64,000 nucleotides of DNA. Source: Octopus vulgaris. Taxonomy: Eukaryota. Where the stretch lies: positions 48,856,001 to 48,920,000 of the forward strand of contig OX597814.1 of assembly GCA_951406725.2 (NCBI GenBank). The letters run 5' to 3'. Under the pieces are notes generated by a model, which was not told the DNA's origin, ran no database searches, and worked only from the letters and a program-made list of their open reading frames with translations. The translations under genes and the position numbers were made by a program. Position 1 is the first letter of the stretch; every line of letters begins with the position of its first letter. This document shows positions 40,283 through 53,920 of this stretch, in pieces.

Positions 40283-43200
40283 TTACTAACGGTAAATTTT
40301 GTATTGAATATTTCACGTATCAAATTATACGAATATTTGCAAAGCAATATGATTTTACATAAACAACGATTAATGAAATACAAATAACTTAATTCACCAA
40401 TACACTGGAGTGCAGGGGTCGGGACCTTTGGACACTTATGCTCCACCTGACCTCAAATTATTTTATTTCATTCTTCACAAAACCTCAGTGTCACTCCCAT
40501 ATGCAAGTCTGTTCCAATGGATTAATCTGTATTATATAATTTACTATGTAAACAGAAGAAAATAAGTATGCATAATTATAATTAATAAAACAATTAAATT
40601 TTCATTGCTATACTTTGGAAGAATCACTCTACCAATAAACACATGCACCAATCGTGGTTCACTTCAATTTCAGTTATACTATAAGAAATCTTTCACCCCA
40701 TAATATTTGTGAGTGTGTTTATTAACGGTTTAATTCTACCAAAGTTTAACCGTATTGGTTTAAACTTACAGATTTGCATTAAAATTTTTGCATATCAAAT
40801 TCAAAGAGAAATTTTTATTGATAGCTAATATCTCCATTCGCTGACATTGAGGAATAGGTATATCCCATGCCCCATTTACCACCTTATTTCCATTACTGAC
40901 TTATAATATTGGAAGAAGATAGCTTATTCCTACCCTGATTTCTCAAAAATTAGTAACTTCAACAAATTGAAATTAGACTTAGTCTTTCTCGGCCTACAAA
41001 AGATCTAACTTTGCGAGCTTTAAAATATGTCGTTGCAGTACCTAACTATATTTGATGTATGTTTGTATGTATATGTGTGTGAGTGTATATATGTGTGATT
41101 TGGATTTTGTCAAGCTCAAATAATATTTCATCACTAAACATCAAGACTACACCTACCAATTATTTAAATCAACTTCCTTTTTTTTTTTTTCACTTTCATC
41201 AGAAATAAAATTCTAGTCTGTCTGAGAGAAAATGGAAATTTAAATGTAATAGCATCTTATAAATCTTAAATGTTAACATTGCTAATACACAGCACACCTA
41301 ATATTCACTGTTTCTTTCGTCAATTTAACACTTTATGCTGTTTAGCGCAAAAACAACAAAGAAGCACTATCCACATTTGTACTGTACACAGTACTAATTC
41401 TCAGAGCCGATTGTACACTTAGCAATTCTTTCATAACTGCTTCGGCGAAAAGATGAAGTCTATGCTTCGATCATAAGGTCATAATAAGACCAGAGCATTT
41501 CCGGAGTTGTCTAAATAATTTGCTGAAATAATTAAAATTGTGTTCCTTTCTAATAAAGGTACACGGCCTGAAATTTTGGGTAAAGTATTGTCTGTTTTAA
41601 TAATTTAAATACTTGACTAGTATTTATTTTATCTCCTCATAATTATTTCCAGCTAGTTCTTTTTTACTTTTTATCGTTCCCAGCATTAAGTGTTAACATC
41701 AAGTTATGCTGCCAATGGTACTACCAATGATACTCTACAAATGCTAGCCTAGTTTTCTTTATATACAAATATATTAGGAACACGAAAATGTTCGCTCAAG
41801 AAACCAAGTAAATAGATTTCATTTGTAAAAAGATACTAATAAGGAAATTTTAAATTAAAAACAAATGTCATTAATATCATTGATGACTGACTGCTAACAT
41901 CTGTTGTGAATTAAACAGACGTGCGAGACAGTAAGTGATGATTGACAAGCTCTGTTGTTGGTTCATTTATGATAATTACTGTGGTAAGGGTGATTTTTTT
42001 CATTGCAATTATATTACTCTGGTACTGGTCATTTAAAACTCTCTTCTTTCATTACCACATTTTTTTCTTTTCAACATTGGTCTCATTCGTAGACTCAGTT
42101 ATTTTTAGCTATCTGGTTTCATTTTATTCTTTCAAATGCCAAGGTATACATTAAACTCAGCAAAAAATTCTTTTTGCTTTCAATGACAATTATTTATCCC
42201 CGTTAGATTTAACGCGACGATAGTTGCAACTAGACCATTCTGTCGGCTGATGACCAGCCAATTGTTGTATTGTTTATGTTTCGTATTCCATCGTCGGTGT
42301 TGTGCAGTTTCATTAAACACTCAATAATTTTTTTAATGTCTCTTTCATGCGAAGCGTTAGTCAGGTTTTCACTTGTTTCCTTAGCAAACAAACTTCATCT
42401 GAATTCATGAGCTCAACTTCATAATTTTTACAGATATAGATTTCTATCAGTTTACTTCAACTCCAGATTTTTGCTTAAAATAAAACAGATCTGCAACACT
42501 AAATAAAACTTTAACTCAGTCATAGTCCCACTCAAAACTTATGTGTGACTCCTCCGTAGAGTACATTCTACAAATTCATGGTATTGTAATTTAGACTAAC
42601 CGGAAAAAAAAAAAACTATCCGTACATTTTAAGGAGCTAAACTATGAGAAACCTAAGCGAGTAGTAAAATATGCGATGAAAAAAGTCCCCGTCACCACCA
42701 CCACTACCACCGGGAATCGATTAAAATTACGCCTATAATGAAAAATACTTCATTAACATCAATAAAAAATTCTTGTAAAAGGCAAGAAAGAGAACTATGA
42801 AATTGATTAAAACTCTAATGGGAGGACATGCAATATATGAGTTTAGTGAAATACATTCAGTGATTAAGTAATTTAAAATAATGACATAGTAATGAAAAGA
42901 AAAATCATTAACGTAGTGGTTATTCTCTTCAAAAGTAAAGGAGATGACTTCGAAATTTGAATTTATAAAAAACTGAATGTTGGCATGCATTGATGAACGT
43001 TCTCCATGTAAATGATTATCTTGCTGTTACAATTATGACTTCAACTGAAAAAGATTCTGTTTGGCGAATTTGTCTCAAGTGTACACAAAGAATAGTGATA
43101 GAATTTGGTAGCTAGACCAGTCTACATGGACATGAATCGGATTGAAAAATTAAAAACGAAATACCAACTCAATAGTAATCTATCTAGCTGCTGTCTTTTG

Positions 43201-43355
43201 CCGGCAAATTTAGATTTTTCTGTTCCAAAGTAGAAAAGTAAAACGTCTTTATTAAGCACGTTTTGATATGCAAGCATGTATACTTAGCTTTTCTTCTCAT
43301 GTCACTTTTCACATTTTTAACCATCAAATCATTCAGATAAATTCTTCACACGATA

Positions 43356-43423
<68 letters not shown>

Positions 43424-44774
43424 TCTCTCTCGCTCGCTCTTGCCTTCTCTCTGTAATACACATATACAAACACATTCTTACAAGTACTGTCGAAGTAAAC
43501 ATTTTATACACTTAAGCAACCACAAAATCTCTTATTCCTTCAGAAAAAATGTTAAATTGGTTACTGGCCCTGAAACAATCTTCGGCATAAAATTATTCAG
43601 TTTGTTTTTCTTCCAACGATTAAGAATTTCACTGTTGCGGATGAGTAAATATAAGCTATAAACATCTTTTGTCGACAAATGCTTGTCATAACAGATTCGT
43701 GTCATGAAAAGCATTATCATTCAAAGCATTCTTTCTATTAATAAGACAGTTTTGTGTTTTAATGGCAGCTAGAAAATGGCTTCTAAACGAATCTATCAAT
43801 GGTACTAAATACAATGAAATTCCTCATTCTTTTCTCTTTAGACTTCTTCAGCGGAACAAAAAGACAAATAAACAAACCTTATGTGCGACGATAATGATGG
43901 GAAAACACATAGTTTGGGTTTCGCTTTACAAATGTATGCCTGGAGCAAATAACAGAGAAGGGAAAGAAAAACAAGTTGTTCTGTGTATCTGTCTTCTCAC
44001 TCATTTACTCAGCATTCCAGTTTGCTCTATAGTAAAACCTTTCCTGTTATTGCTTCTTCTTCTTTTCCTTTCCTTGATTTTTTTTTTCAGCCAACGCTTT
44101 TATCACCTACACCTCACACCACCCACGAAAGAAGCCCAATTGTGAGTTGTAAATGAGGTTTTACGCGTTGGATTTCTTTTCATAAGCATATAAAAACATT
44201 TCCAAGTTACTCTTCAAGTTTTTCGGGTTTGAGAATTAGAATTTCGTCTTGAAATTAATGCCCGCTTTAGAAAGATATAGGTTATAATGTTAATTATGCA
44301 GTTTTTGATTGGTTGTTATTTTGTAATTTTGAGGAGTCAAGTACATGCCATTACTACTTTAAAAAAATTACCATAATGTATAAGGAAACCGAGAAGCTTG
44401 TCGTATTTTCTTGTAATATTGCGTACAAATGAATAAATTAACGGTTTAAATGACAGTCGTTAAAAATTACCGTATACACTATAATAAAAAATATATTGTA
44501 TCAAGACTCTCAAAGAGAATGAATAATACTTTTTAATCTTTGTTTCTTAATCTTTGTTTATTTAATCTTTGCTTATTTTAATCCTTGGTTATTAACAACG
44601 GCCCTAGCAGAAATATAGTAAAGTCTCACAAATGTAATGAATGCAGTGAGTTGGAAAACTTTGATTAATTGGGATTATCCTAGCAAACCAGTAAACTAAA
44701 ACCCTTTCTCTGTTTGATGCTTAAGATTTAAGATGTATGTATGTATGTATGTATGTATGTATGTATGTATGTAT

Positions 44775-45942
44775 GTATGTATAAAACTGAGAATGTATGT
44801 CTGTCTGTGTGTTTCCCTAAAACTTGAGAACTACACAACCAATTTCATTCAAATTTTACACATGTCTTGCTTAGGGTCCGGGGAGTGTGATCGGCAAAAA
44901 CATTTTTTAACTTTTTGCCTAGGGCGAGCCCACAGCAATATCATATCTTCTCCACTACGATTCCCTAAAACTTGAGAACTACACAACCAATTTCATTCAA
45001 ATTTTACACATGCCTTACTTAGGGTCCATGTAGTTTCATGGGCAAACAAAATGTTCAACTTCTTGCCTAGAGCGAGCCCATAGCAATATCATATCTTCTC
45101 CACTATTTCAGTATTACGTCTTAAAAGTGAAACAAAAACATTTCTCTATTTTATGTCAGATGCTTTCACTTTAACAATAAAATAATAATAACAATTGAAT
45201 TATATGTAGTAAGTAATAATTAAAATCAAACTAAAATATAATATAATCGTAACATAACAGAAGTAAAAATAGCAATTGATATAAAATTGCATCAATGATT
45301 TGAACTTGAATAAGTGGTTTCACATGAATGGGAATAAATTAAAAATAAAATTAGTGTGCAGAAATGGAATAGTCCAGATGGATAATAAAAAATTAAATTA
45401 AAGATAAGACTATTGTCTATAAAGTATACAATGTAGAGAAAAAAGATTTGAGCACCTGGAGGAAAGCACCTTCGAAAAGTGTCTTGGTGCGACTATGAAA
45501 GATATTTAACCAGAGGCGGTAAATTCGCCACAATAGAAGCAAGGTTCGAGTCAATGGAGCGTGCAAGGGAGTACTTGACTCGAACTTGCAAAGTGGAAAT
45601 ATTTTATTTTTACCTTTATATCTGGAACGTAGCACGTCCCGTATAAAAATTTAAAATGCCCCCCTCCCCCAGAAGTAGAGGTAGGCTGGATTGTAGCCAC
45701 ACTTCTATACAAGAGGGAGGACAAGATACAATTGATCGAAATCACAAGAGACGGGCTATCAATTCCAGTCTGTTATATATTTTGAGTATTGTTATCACTA
45801 GCGATATCAAGATATAACTTTGTATTTTGTATTTTATGTGTAGATGTATATATATAGATGTACATGTAATATGTATACATATATATACGCATATATACAT
45901 GCACTAGCACTATGACCTGGCAACGACGGGTCATAATGCTAG
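44775..45942 (+). mobile_element. Non-autonomous Helitron
   Basis: 5' tataaaactgagaatgtatgtctgtctgt; 3' hairpin tatgacc/ggtcata (45911-45935) followed by CTAG|t; internal 148-bp tandem duplication (44813-45105). Confidence 0.75.
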
Positions 45943-46034
45943 TATATACGCGGTGAAGCTACACATTAGCGTCGTATTTTTACGTTCGCTATTTCCAGTA
46001 AATATCGGTACTTAGTTGTGCCATTTATTTACTA

Positions 46035-46094
<60 letters not shown>

Positions 46095-46111
46095 GTATGT
46101 ATGTATGTATG

Positions 46112-46166
<55 letters not shown>

Positions 46167-46217
46167 TTTTCTACTCTAGGCACAAGGCCCGAAATTTATA
46201 TATATATATGGGTTCCT

Positions 46218-46437
46218 AAGGCGGCGAGCTGTCAGGAACGTTAGCAAGCCGAGCGAAATGCTTAGCAGTATTTCGTCTGTCTTTACGTTCTGAGTTCAAA
46301 TTCCACCGAGGTTGATTTTGCCTTTCATCCTTTCGGGGTTGATAAATTAAGTACCAGTTGCGTACTAGAGTCGATGTAATCGACTGGCCCCGCCTCCCCC
46401 AAAATTTCGGGCCTTGTGCCTAGAGTAGAAAAGAATA
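46218..46437 (+). mobile_element. SINE family A
   Basis: Full copy; an inverted copy of its tail lies at about 46163-46197. Confidence 0.9.
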
Positions 46438-46848
46438 TATATGGGTTTCTTTATTATTTAAGCTATTATATTTTCTAAGCCTAATCAGAGTACAATCTTC
46501 TACATTACCAAGTGATTCTTTCTTCATTTCTTTTCTACGTAAGGTGAAAGCTAATCTTTGCTGACGAGGTCATAACAAAGCCGAAACACTCTCGGAACTA
46601 TCTTCTATACTAGTCAAAATATTGAAAATAACGTTGATCATTGGAAAATATCGTTTCATCGCATAATTATTTCTAGTAAGCTATCAGGTGCTTTCTGCAT
46701 TATATATGTTTATATTAATCTGAGATACTTTACACTAAAAGCATTCGTGTTTTTGAATTTAAGTTCCACAAAAGTAGAGTCAAAACCAACGATTCTCAGC
46801 TATTGCAGTTCTCCGTGTAATACGCCGAGAGAATTTTATTTTTAATAA

Positions 46849-47080
46849 AGGCGGCGAGCTGGCAGAATCGTTAGCACGCCGGGCGAAAAGCTTTGCAGTA
46901 TTTCGTCTCCCGTTACGTTCTGAGTTCAAATTCCGCCGAGGTCGACTTTACCTTTCATCCTTTTGGGGTCGATAAATAAAGTACCAGTTACGCACTGGGG
47001 TCGATCTAAACGACTTAATCCCTTTGTCTGTCCTTGTTTGTCCCCTCTATGTTTAGCCCTTTGTGGGCAATAAAGAAATA
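46849..47080 (+). mobile_element. SINE family A
   Basis: Full copy; perfect 18-bp TSD agaattttatttttaata. Confidence 0.93.
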
Positions 47081-47369
47081 AGAATTTTATTTTTAATATT
47101 TGAATATAAAAACAAAGTTTCGATAATTTAATACGTTAACGTTCAATACTTTTTCGAGAAAATATTTTTCAGCTTTTATTTGCAATAAATGTTGTATTGT
47201 AGCTTTTATATCCATAATTAAACTTTGCTAAATTTACTCTCTAAACTGCTCGGTTAAACATTTGACTAAAATTTGTTTTAAAGTTATCTTTTATCGTTAA
47301 TCATTTCAGTTTTCATATGTCCTACTCTTTTATTTTTAATTATTTATTTATTCATTTATTTATTTCCAG

Positions 47370-47601
47370 CGAGAATGTATTTCAATACATGTCGGTCAAG
47401 CGGGAGTGCAGATTGGAAACGCTTGCTGGGAACTGTATTGCTTGGAGCACGGTATTCATCCAAGTGGTTACCTTCAGCAAGACAACCCAGATGATGCAGA
47501 CTTAAATGAAGAAATTTCTTTCAATGCCTTCTTCAGGGAGACAACTGCTGGCAAGCATGTTCCTAGAGCTGTATATGTTGACTTGGAGCCTAGTGTCGTA
47601 G
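47370..47601 (+). CDS. TUBA: Alpha-tubulin exon 2 ([28 protein letters not shown]...[13 protein letters not shown])
   Basis: ttccag| acceptor and g|gtttgt donor. Translation matches the alpha-tubulin N-terminus. 232 nt, against 223 nt for the canonical exon. Confidence 0.97.
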
Positions 47602-47655
47602 GTTTGTAAATGATTTTGTTGGTGCATGTATTCATCAGGAATAATGATAATAGGA

Positions 47656-47730
<75 letters not shown>

Positions 47731-47804
47731 CGTGTGTATGTATGTGTACGCGCGCGTGCTCTTGTCCACATGATTTATCTTTCATCCTTCCAGTAAAGTA
47801 GCAT

Positions 47805-48900
47805 TGAATGCAGTACGAAAAGGATCCGAATAAGAAGGACGCCTTAAACAACTGCAGTCTCACGGCTCTGCTAAGCAGAGAGTTAAAAAATATTCTTTTC
47901 TACTCTATGTACAAGGCCCAAAATTTTTGGGAAGCGAGCCAGTCGATTAGATCGACCCCAGTACGCAACGGGTACTTAATTTATCGATCCAGAAAGGATG
48001 AAAGGCAAAGTCGACCTCGACAGAATTTGAACTCAGAACGTAAAGACAGACGAAATACTGCTAAGAATTTCGCTTGGCATGCTAACATTTCTGCCAGCTC
48101 ACCGCCTCGCAAGTTAAAAATATTGGCAAAGATGCTGGCCAAAAGCTTAGTGTTTGTCCCAAAGATCTGTGCAATTCCCAGTAGATCTCTCCATAACAGC
48201 CCACATCTAATGTTATGTATTATAATGTAGTTTTGGGGAATAAATCTAATGTTAGTTAGTAAGACACTGATCAATAAAAATCAGTCCTACCATCGCTACC
48301 TGGAAGTTATCCTCAGTCGATCCCGTTTTCAGAAGTTTGATCGCTACACTGTATAGTGGCATTTGTTTAGAGGTTAGTGGATGCTATACTTGGGGATGAC
48401 CTGATAACGATTCTGCATGTTGATGAAAACAGTCTGAGCAGTCGTTTCTGGAAACTTTCAAGTCGGACATTTTAGACAACTTCCATAAAGCCTTGGTCTG
48501 ATAGTGTTAGTAAGATGCATTGCTTGCTTAGGACAAGCTACGGTTATGGGAGTGTGACAGCAGCTAGACTTCTACTAGATGTACGCAGGGCACCGAAACA
48601 ATCTTATATGCTTTTGTTCACTATTCGTGCATTACTGATTTATGAGCTTGTGTCGAACAGTTGTCATACATAGGTGTTATACATAGATGCAGCTGTTAGT
48701 CGCATCTGTCATAAAAATCGGCTCACCACTCAAGAAAATGAAAAAGAACACTTTTGAGCCCTTTTGAAGCATTAGGACAATCTGGAGTTTTGCGGGCTTT
48801 CGTCCGAATTACCATAAGTCGTCTTCCTCACTGGAGGCGAGCTTCTCTTGTTGAAATTTCTTCGGTAAATTCGCCCTCTTTTTATACGATATAAAGCCTA
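47805..48900 (+). mobile_element. Decayed L1/Tx1-like RT fragment interrupted by a SINE
   Basis: KDPNKKDALNNCSLTALLSRELK-[SINE]-ILAKMLAKSL...CAIPSRSLHN resembles RT domains 1-2. The right boundary is approximate. Confidence 0.6.
47895..48107 (-). mobile_element. SINE family A inserted in a LINE RT remnant
   Basis: TSD agttaaaaa(a)tatt (47881-47894 and 48112-48124). Confidence 0.9.
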
Positions 48901-49358
48901 CTGTTTTATATTTCTATGTTGTATTGGGTACTTGAGTCTAATAACAGATTTTATCATCATCATTGTCTTCGTCGTTGTTGTTACAATGATTTTAAAAGCA
49001 TCAATATATCAAAAGTCTTAGTTAAGTATGACTGTATGGTCACAGCCATATCCCCAAGATTGAAATCTGTGAGACATAAACTGTTAGAGGAACCTTTACT
49101 GTTCTTGAGTGGTTAGACTTAATTCATCATCTAATTTAACAATACCACCTGGCTTTTTGGTGCCTTCAGCGAAGTTCACCATGTTACACGTATTCACGTC
49201 AATTCTCCACTCTGAGAATAACTCCCTCCATTGCTTCCTTTTTATCAACAGTTACAGAGGTTCCAGAAAACGTCATGAGTACTTCAAGTCATTTGATTTT
49301 TCTTTTTGAACTTAAATCGCAATTCTTGAAATAACGAAATGCTATTCCTGTATTTCAG

Positions 49359-49507
49359 ATGAAGTTCGCACAGGCATGTACAGTCAGCTTTTCCACCCCG
49401 AACAACTCATTAGCGGTAAAGAAGATGCTGCCAACAACTACGCAAGAGGTCACTACACAGTTGGTAGAGAAATAATTGACCAAGTCCTGAACTCCATCAG
49501 GAAAATG
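49359..49507 (+). CDS. TUBA: Alpha-tubulin exon 3 ([50 protein letters not shown])
   Basis: tttcag| acceptor and atg|gtaaga donor; 149 nt; phase matches exon 2; [13 protein letters not shown] motif. Confidence 0.97.
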
Positions 49508-49614
49508 GTAAGATTATCAAGCGAAATATTTAAAGAGGAGAGGGTTGATGATTGATGGAGAGTTCCTTAACAGTGGACGTGAGATATTAGGAAAGGATAC
49601 CTTATTACTCAATG

Positions 49615-49672
<58 letters not shown>

Positions 49673-49677
<5 letters not shown>

Positions 49678-49887
49678 GTTGCATACTGTCAACTTAATGT
49701 GACAGTCCCATGAAGGGAATCATAATACTGCTATTTAGCCCTAGGAAGCAGCAACGCTTCATCTCGGTCTTGACACATTTCCTGTGTCCTTATGTTTACA
49801 AGGGGGAGATAAGCACCTACACCCAGCTAAGCCTGCATCCAGAGATTAGTTTCTGAGTCTTTGCTCGTCATCAGTCTGGAGCAGCAT

Positions 49888-49890
<3 letters not shown>
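49673..49890 (-). mobile_element. Solo retrozyme/pLTR-like element between two (TA)n tracts in a tubulin intron
   Basis: Shares colinear blocks with the 359-bp unit (tactg..atttagccc.agg, gacac..gtg.cc hairpin, caa.ggg.g.taa, HHR). (TA)n on both sides. Confidence 0.65.
49833..49884 (-). ncRNA. Type I hammerhead in a diverged solo relative of the 359-bp unit
   Basis: Minus strand reads cugc uccaga CUGAUGA c gag caaaga cuc a GAAA cuaa UC ucugga u gcag. Canonical core; stem III is one change from the palindrome ACUAGU. Confidence 0.75.
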
Positions 49891-49934
<44 letters not shown>

Positions 49935-49949
49935 TTATTCTTTTATTTT

Positions 49950-50313
49950 TTACTTGTTTTAGTCATTAGACTGTAGCCATACTAGGACACCACCGTGAAA
50001 AAAATTTTAAAGCCTAGTACGTATTCTATCGGTCCCTTTTACCGAACCGCTGGATAATGGGGACATAAACACACCAATTCAAGTAATCAAGCAGTGGTGT
50101 GGACAACTCCCCCCCCCCCATATATATATATATATATATACATATATATACGACAGGCTTCTTTAAGTTTCCGTCTACCAAATCCACTCACAAGGCTTTG
50201 GTCGGCTTGAGACTGTAGCAGAAGACACTTGTCCAAGGTGCTATGCAGTAGGATTGAACCTGGAACCATGTGGTTGGGAAGCAAACTTCTTGCCACACTG
50301 CCACGCCTGCACC
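49950..50313 (-). mobile_element. SINE family B
   Basis: Reverse complement of the family sequence. Confidence 0.85.
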
Positions 50314-50567
50314 TAAATCTGTTAGTTGTTAATATTATCTAAGTGATCTTTAAACAGTAAAGATTATTTTGATTTCTGATGTCTGATCATCGTCAGTTTT
50401 CTTATTCTCAGGTCTGTACATAATACCGGACTAGATTCGAACTAGGAACTTCTATTTCCAAATATCAACTAAACTACTTATGCATAACCGAGCCTTCTTA
50501 GGTATCGCAACCTTTCTTCCCCACAACCGCAAAAGTTTAAATTTAAATGTTTAATTCTTCTTTCATA

Positions 50568-50775
50568 AGATGGCGAGGTGGCAAAACCATTAGTGCGTCA
50601 GAATAAGTTCTCTTTATCGCTCATTACATTCTGAGTTCAAATCCCGCTGAGGCTAACTTTATCTTTCATTTCTCCGGGATCGATAAAATAAAGTGCTACC
50701 AGTCAAGTACTAAAGTCGATGTAATCGACTAACCACTTTCCCCTCAAAACTGCAGGCCTTCTTCCAAAATCAGAA
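50568..50775 (+). mobile_element. SINE family A, diverged
   Basis: Head, B box and core recognisable. Confidence 0.75.
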
Positions 50776-51216
50776 AGCTGCATTAATCTCCTCCTTTCTT
50801 ATCTTCATTTTCCTTCATTTCATTTTGTTCTTTTTGTCTACTTCCATTTTTTTTTTCACAGAGTAAAAAACATTCACGATTTTTTAATTCTTTCATTGAA
50901 TAAGTTCCATTATTCTGCAACTCATTACTTAGTTGTATGTTTCCATCAATAGTAGAAACTTACCCAAGTTCACTAGCTTAAACCTAAGTTCACTGTTGTT
51001 TTCCAGCCTCCTCACTGCGGGAAGACCTATCAAACTATAGGTACTAATTTCCGCTATATAACGATGCAGTTAAAAATACCTTTTACCAGTGTTTAGTTGA
51101 ACCTATGGGATCTAATTAAAAGTTGATTCTACTGGCATAAGGAACATTTTCACGAATCCAGAAACTTTACATATGCGGAAAATGGAACTTAATGAAAGTG
51201 CTTATCATATAAAGGT

Positions 51217-51222
51217 CATGAC

Positions 51223-51263
<41 letters not shown>

Positions 51264-51357
51264 CGACGACGATGACGATGATGACGATGATGCCGATGAT
51301 GACGATGATGATGATGATGACAACGACGACGACGACGACGACGACGATGATGATGAA

Positions 51358-51389
<32 letters not shown>

Positions 51390-51525
51390 CGACGACGATG
51401 ACGATGATGACGATGATGCCGATGATGATGATGACGATGATGATGATGGTGATGACGACGACGACGACGACGACGACGACGATGATGATGATGATGATGA
51501 TGATGATGATAACGATGCAGTTAAT
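51217..51525. repeat. (GAT/GAC)n intronic triplet repeat
   Basis: Direct inspection. Confidence 0.95.
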
Positions 51526-51966
51526 GACGACCGGAAATCATTGGTATCTGTACTTAAAGTATGTTTGTATTGGGGATGGTGGAGGCAAGAAGACAACAAT
51601 AATGGTTAAAAAGAAACAACTTCGGTAACGTTGTTTTACTTTTTAATTAGCTTGAAATTGAAACTTTCATCTTATTGGTTTTGCTTATGTAGACTGTTCT
51701 ATTTGATATTCTTCTACATCTTTGAATACCTGTGTAGTTTTATATTTAGGTGCATGGTACAATACCTAACTACTGAGTCATATATAGACGAAGCGTTATC
51801 ATACCCAAAACATTATACATATGTCTGAAAAAGAAAACTCCTAATTAGAAGCGTTGCAGTTGTTAAGACTGTGTTTGACTGATCCATTTACGGGAAAATA
51901 ATGTAACATTTTCTCTTCTTTTTTTACATTGCGATTTTAAAGAAATTTATTCTCTTTCTTACACAG

Positions 51967-52119
51967 GCCGATCAATGTTCTGGATTGCAAGGTTTCCTCG
52001 TGTTCCATAGTTTTGGTGGCGGCACCGGTAGTGGTTTCTCCTCACTCCTAATGGAAAGACTATCTTCAGATTACGGCAAGAAATCCAAATTAGAATTCGC
52101 CGTGTATCCAGCACCTCTG
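51967..52119 (+). CDS. TUBA: Alpha-tubulin exon 4 ([51 protein letters not shown])
   Basis: acacag| acceptor and ctg|gtaatc donor; tubulin signature GGGTGSG; 153 nt, phase 0/0. Confidence 0.97.
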
Positions 52120-52497
52120 GTAATCAACTTACGTCATTTCTTAATTTGTCTCATTACTTTCCTCGCCTTACTTTCTCAAGAATTTCAAGTCACCAATTAC
52201 TTAATGAGTAATGTGAGGGAGAAGTAAGGAAGATGTCCATTATTCATTTGTTATACATTGCGCTCAAGTCAGACAGATTTAGGAATTGTGATTTTCGTGC
52301 CCTTTTTTCTAATATGCATTGACTGCACAACAGGATCGAAACTGCTACGATAATTCGGATCGTAAATCAATTAGCCGGATCTTATTACTATCACACGGTC
52401 CTTTCTTTATTATAATCTATTCAATATTAAAATGCACTATTACTAAGTCATGAGTATAAAAATAAATTATTAATGTTATCAATATTAAAATATTATA

Positions 52498-52900
52498 AGG
52501 CGGCGAGCTGGCAGAAACGTTAGCACACCGGGTGAGACGCTTAGGGGTATTTCCTCCGCCGCTGCGTTCTGAGTTCAAATTCCACCGACGTCGACTTTGC
52601 CTTTCATCCTTTCGGGGTCGATTAAATAAGTACCAGTTACGCACTAGGGGCCATGTAATCGACTTAATCCGTTTGTCTGTCCTTGTTTGACCCCTCTGTG
52701 TTTATTTAGCCCCTTGTGGGTAGTAAAGAAATATGTATTTTGTCTCTCTTTACGTTCTGAGTTCAAATTCCGCCGAAGTCGACTTTACCTTTCATCCTTT
52801 GAGAGTCGATAAATTAAGTACCAGTTGCATACTCGGGTCGATCTAATCGACTAGTCCCCTTCCCCAAAATTTCGGACCTTGTGATTAGAGTAGAAGATAT
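52498..52900 (+). mobile_element. SINE family A dimer
   Basis: Two cores with two different tail types. Confidence 0.88.
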
Positions 52901-53769
52901 TAGAACATTATATAATCACAACTCAGTCATTCATAGCTTTTAATATAATATATCACTTTGCACATATGTTCTATTGCTTTATATCATACTAACAAAATTA
53001 GACACTCATTCTGTAACCAGTACTGGTTTCAGAGATATTAGGTTGAATTGAACCACTTGGCATAGGATTTAGAGTTCATATTTGTCGGTAAACATTACAC
53101 TGTATAATGAATAGGTTTCCAGGGTAGATACTACTTACCAGTTTTTGCATTACTCTGGACTAGACATGGAGAAATTTCCCATGTTTATTTTCCTCAAACA
53201 CTTTTATATGAAAAAATGCAAGCTCAGTCTATATTGAGGTCATCGACATTTGAGACTACAGTATCTATATAGTTATAGTATGTATTAATACGGAACATCA
53301 AGTATAAATATTAACCAACAAGTAAAAAATGAAGTCACATGAGTCAGTGTTTCGATGTGTGTTAGTGAATGGCTGTTAAACAGCCGATGTTTTCTTTTTA
53401 GTTTTTATTTAGTCGATGTGATTGAATGAGTTAATATGAAGTTGAAGACTTAGGTTGTATGAAAAGAGTAAAACGATACACCAAGGAATACTGCACTGAA
53501 TTAAAATTCTCCGATCAATGTCGTTTGGAGTTGAATTCCATTAATTTAAACTTCCTTAGACACACAACATGAAAACAACGACTTTCAGCTATACAATGTT
53601 TCCTTGCAACACAATGTGTCATGATACTCACTCACTTCCACTACTAAATGTTACAATTAGCAGACTAGTGGAACCGTATTGCACCCTACCTTAATACTGC
53701 ACTCTCCTTGATAGAAAAAATTCGTTGTCAGCATCCAGTTCACTTAGTCTTCACGAACAAAAAGACAAC

Positions 53770-53920
53770 TGGCATTCCGTCGGTTACGATCAACGGAACA
53801 GCCTGCTCGTGAAGTTAACGTGCAAGTGGTTGAGCACTCCACAAACACGTATACCCTTAACATAGTTCTCGAGAAGATTCAGCGTGACACAGAATGTGAC
53901 AAGGTTGGTCCTTTGAAATA
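53770..53920 (+). repeat. Interspersed repeat (reverse-complement copy at about 19340-19500)
   Basis: cagcgtgacacagaatgtgacaa matches ttgtcacatttgtgtcacgctg on the other strand. Confidence 0.65.

Noticed and set aside
46554-46598. CTGACGA ggt..gcc GAAAcactc hammerhead-like core
   Set aside because: No stem I and no proper stem III; at best a decayed remnant.
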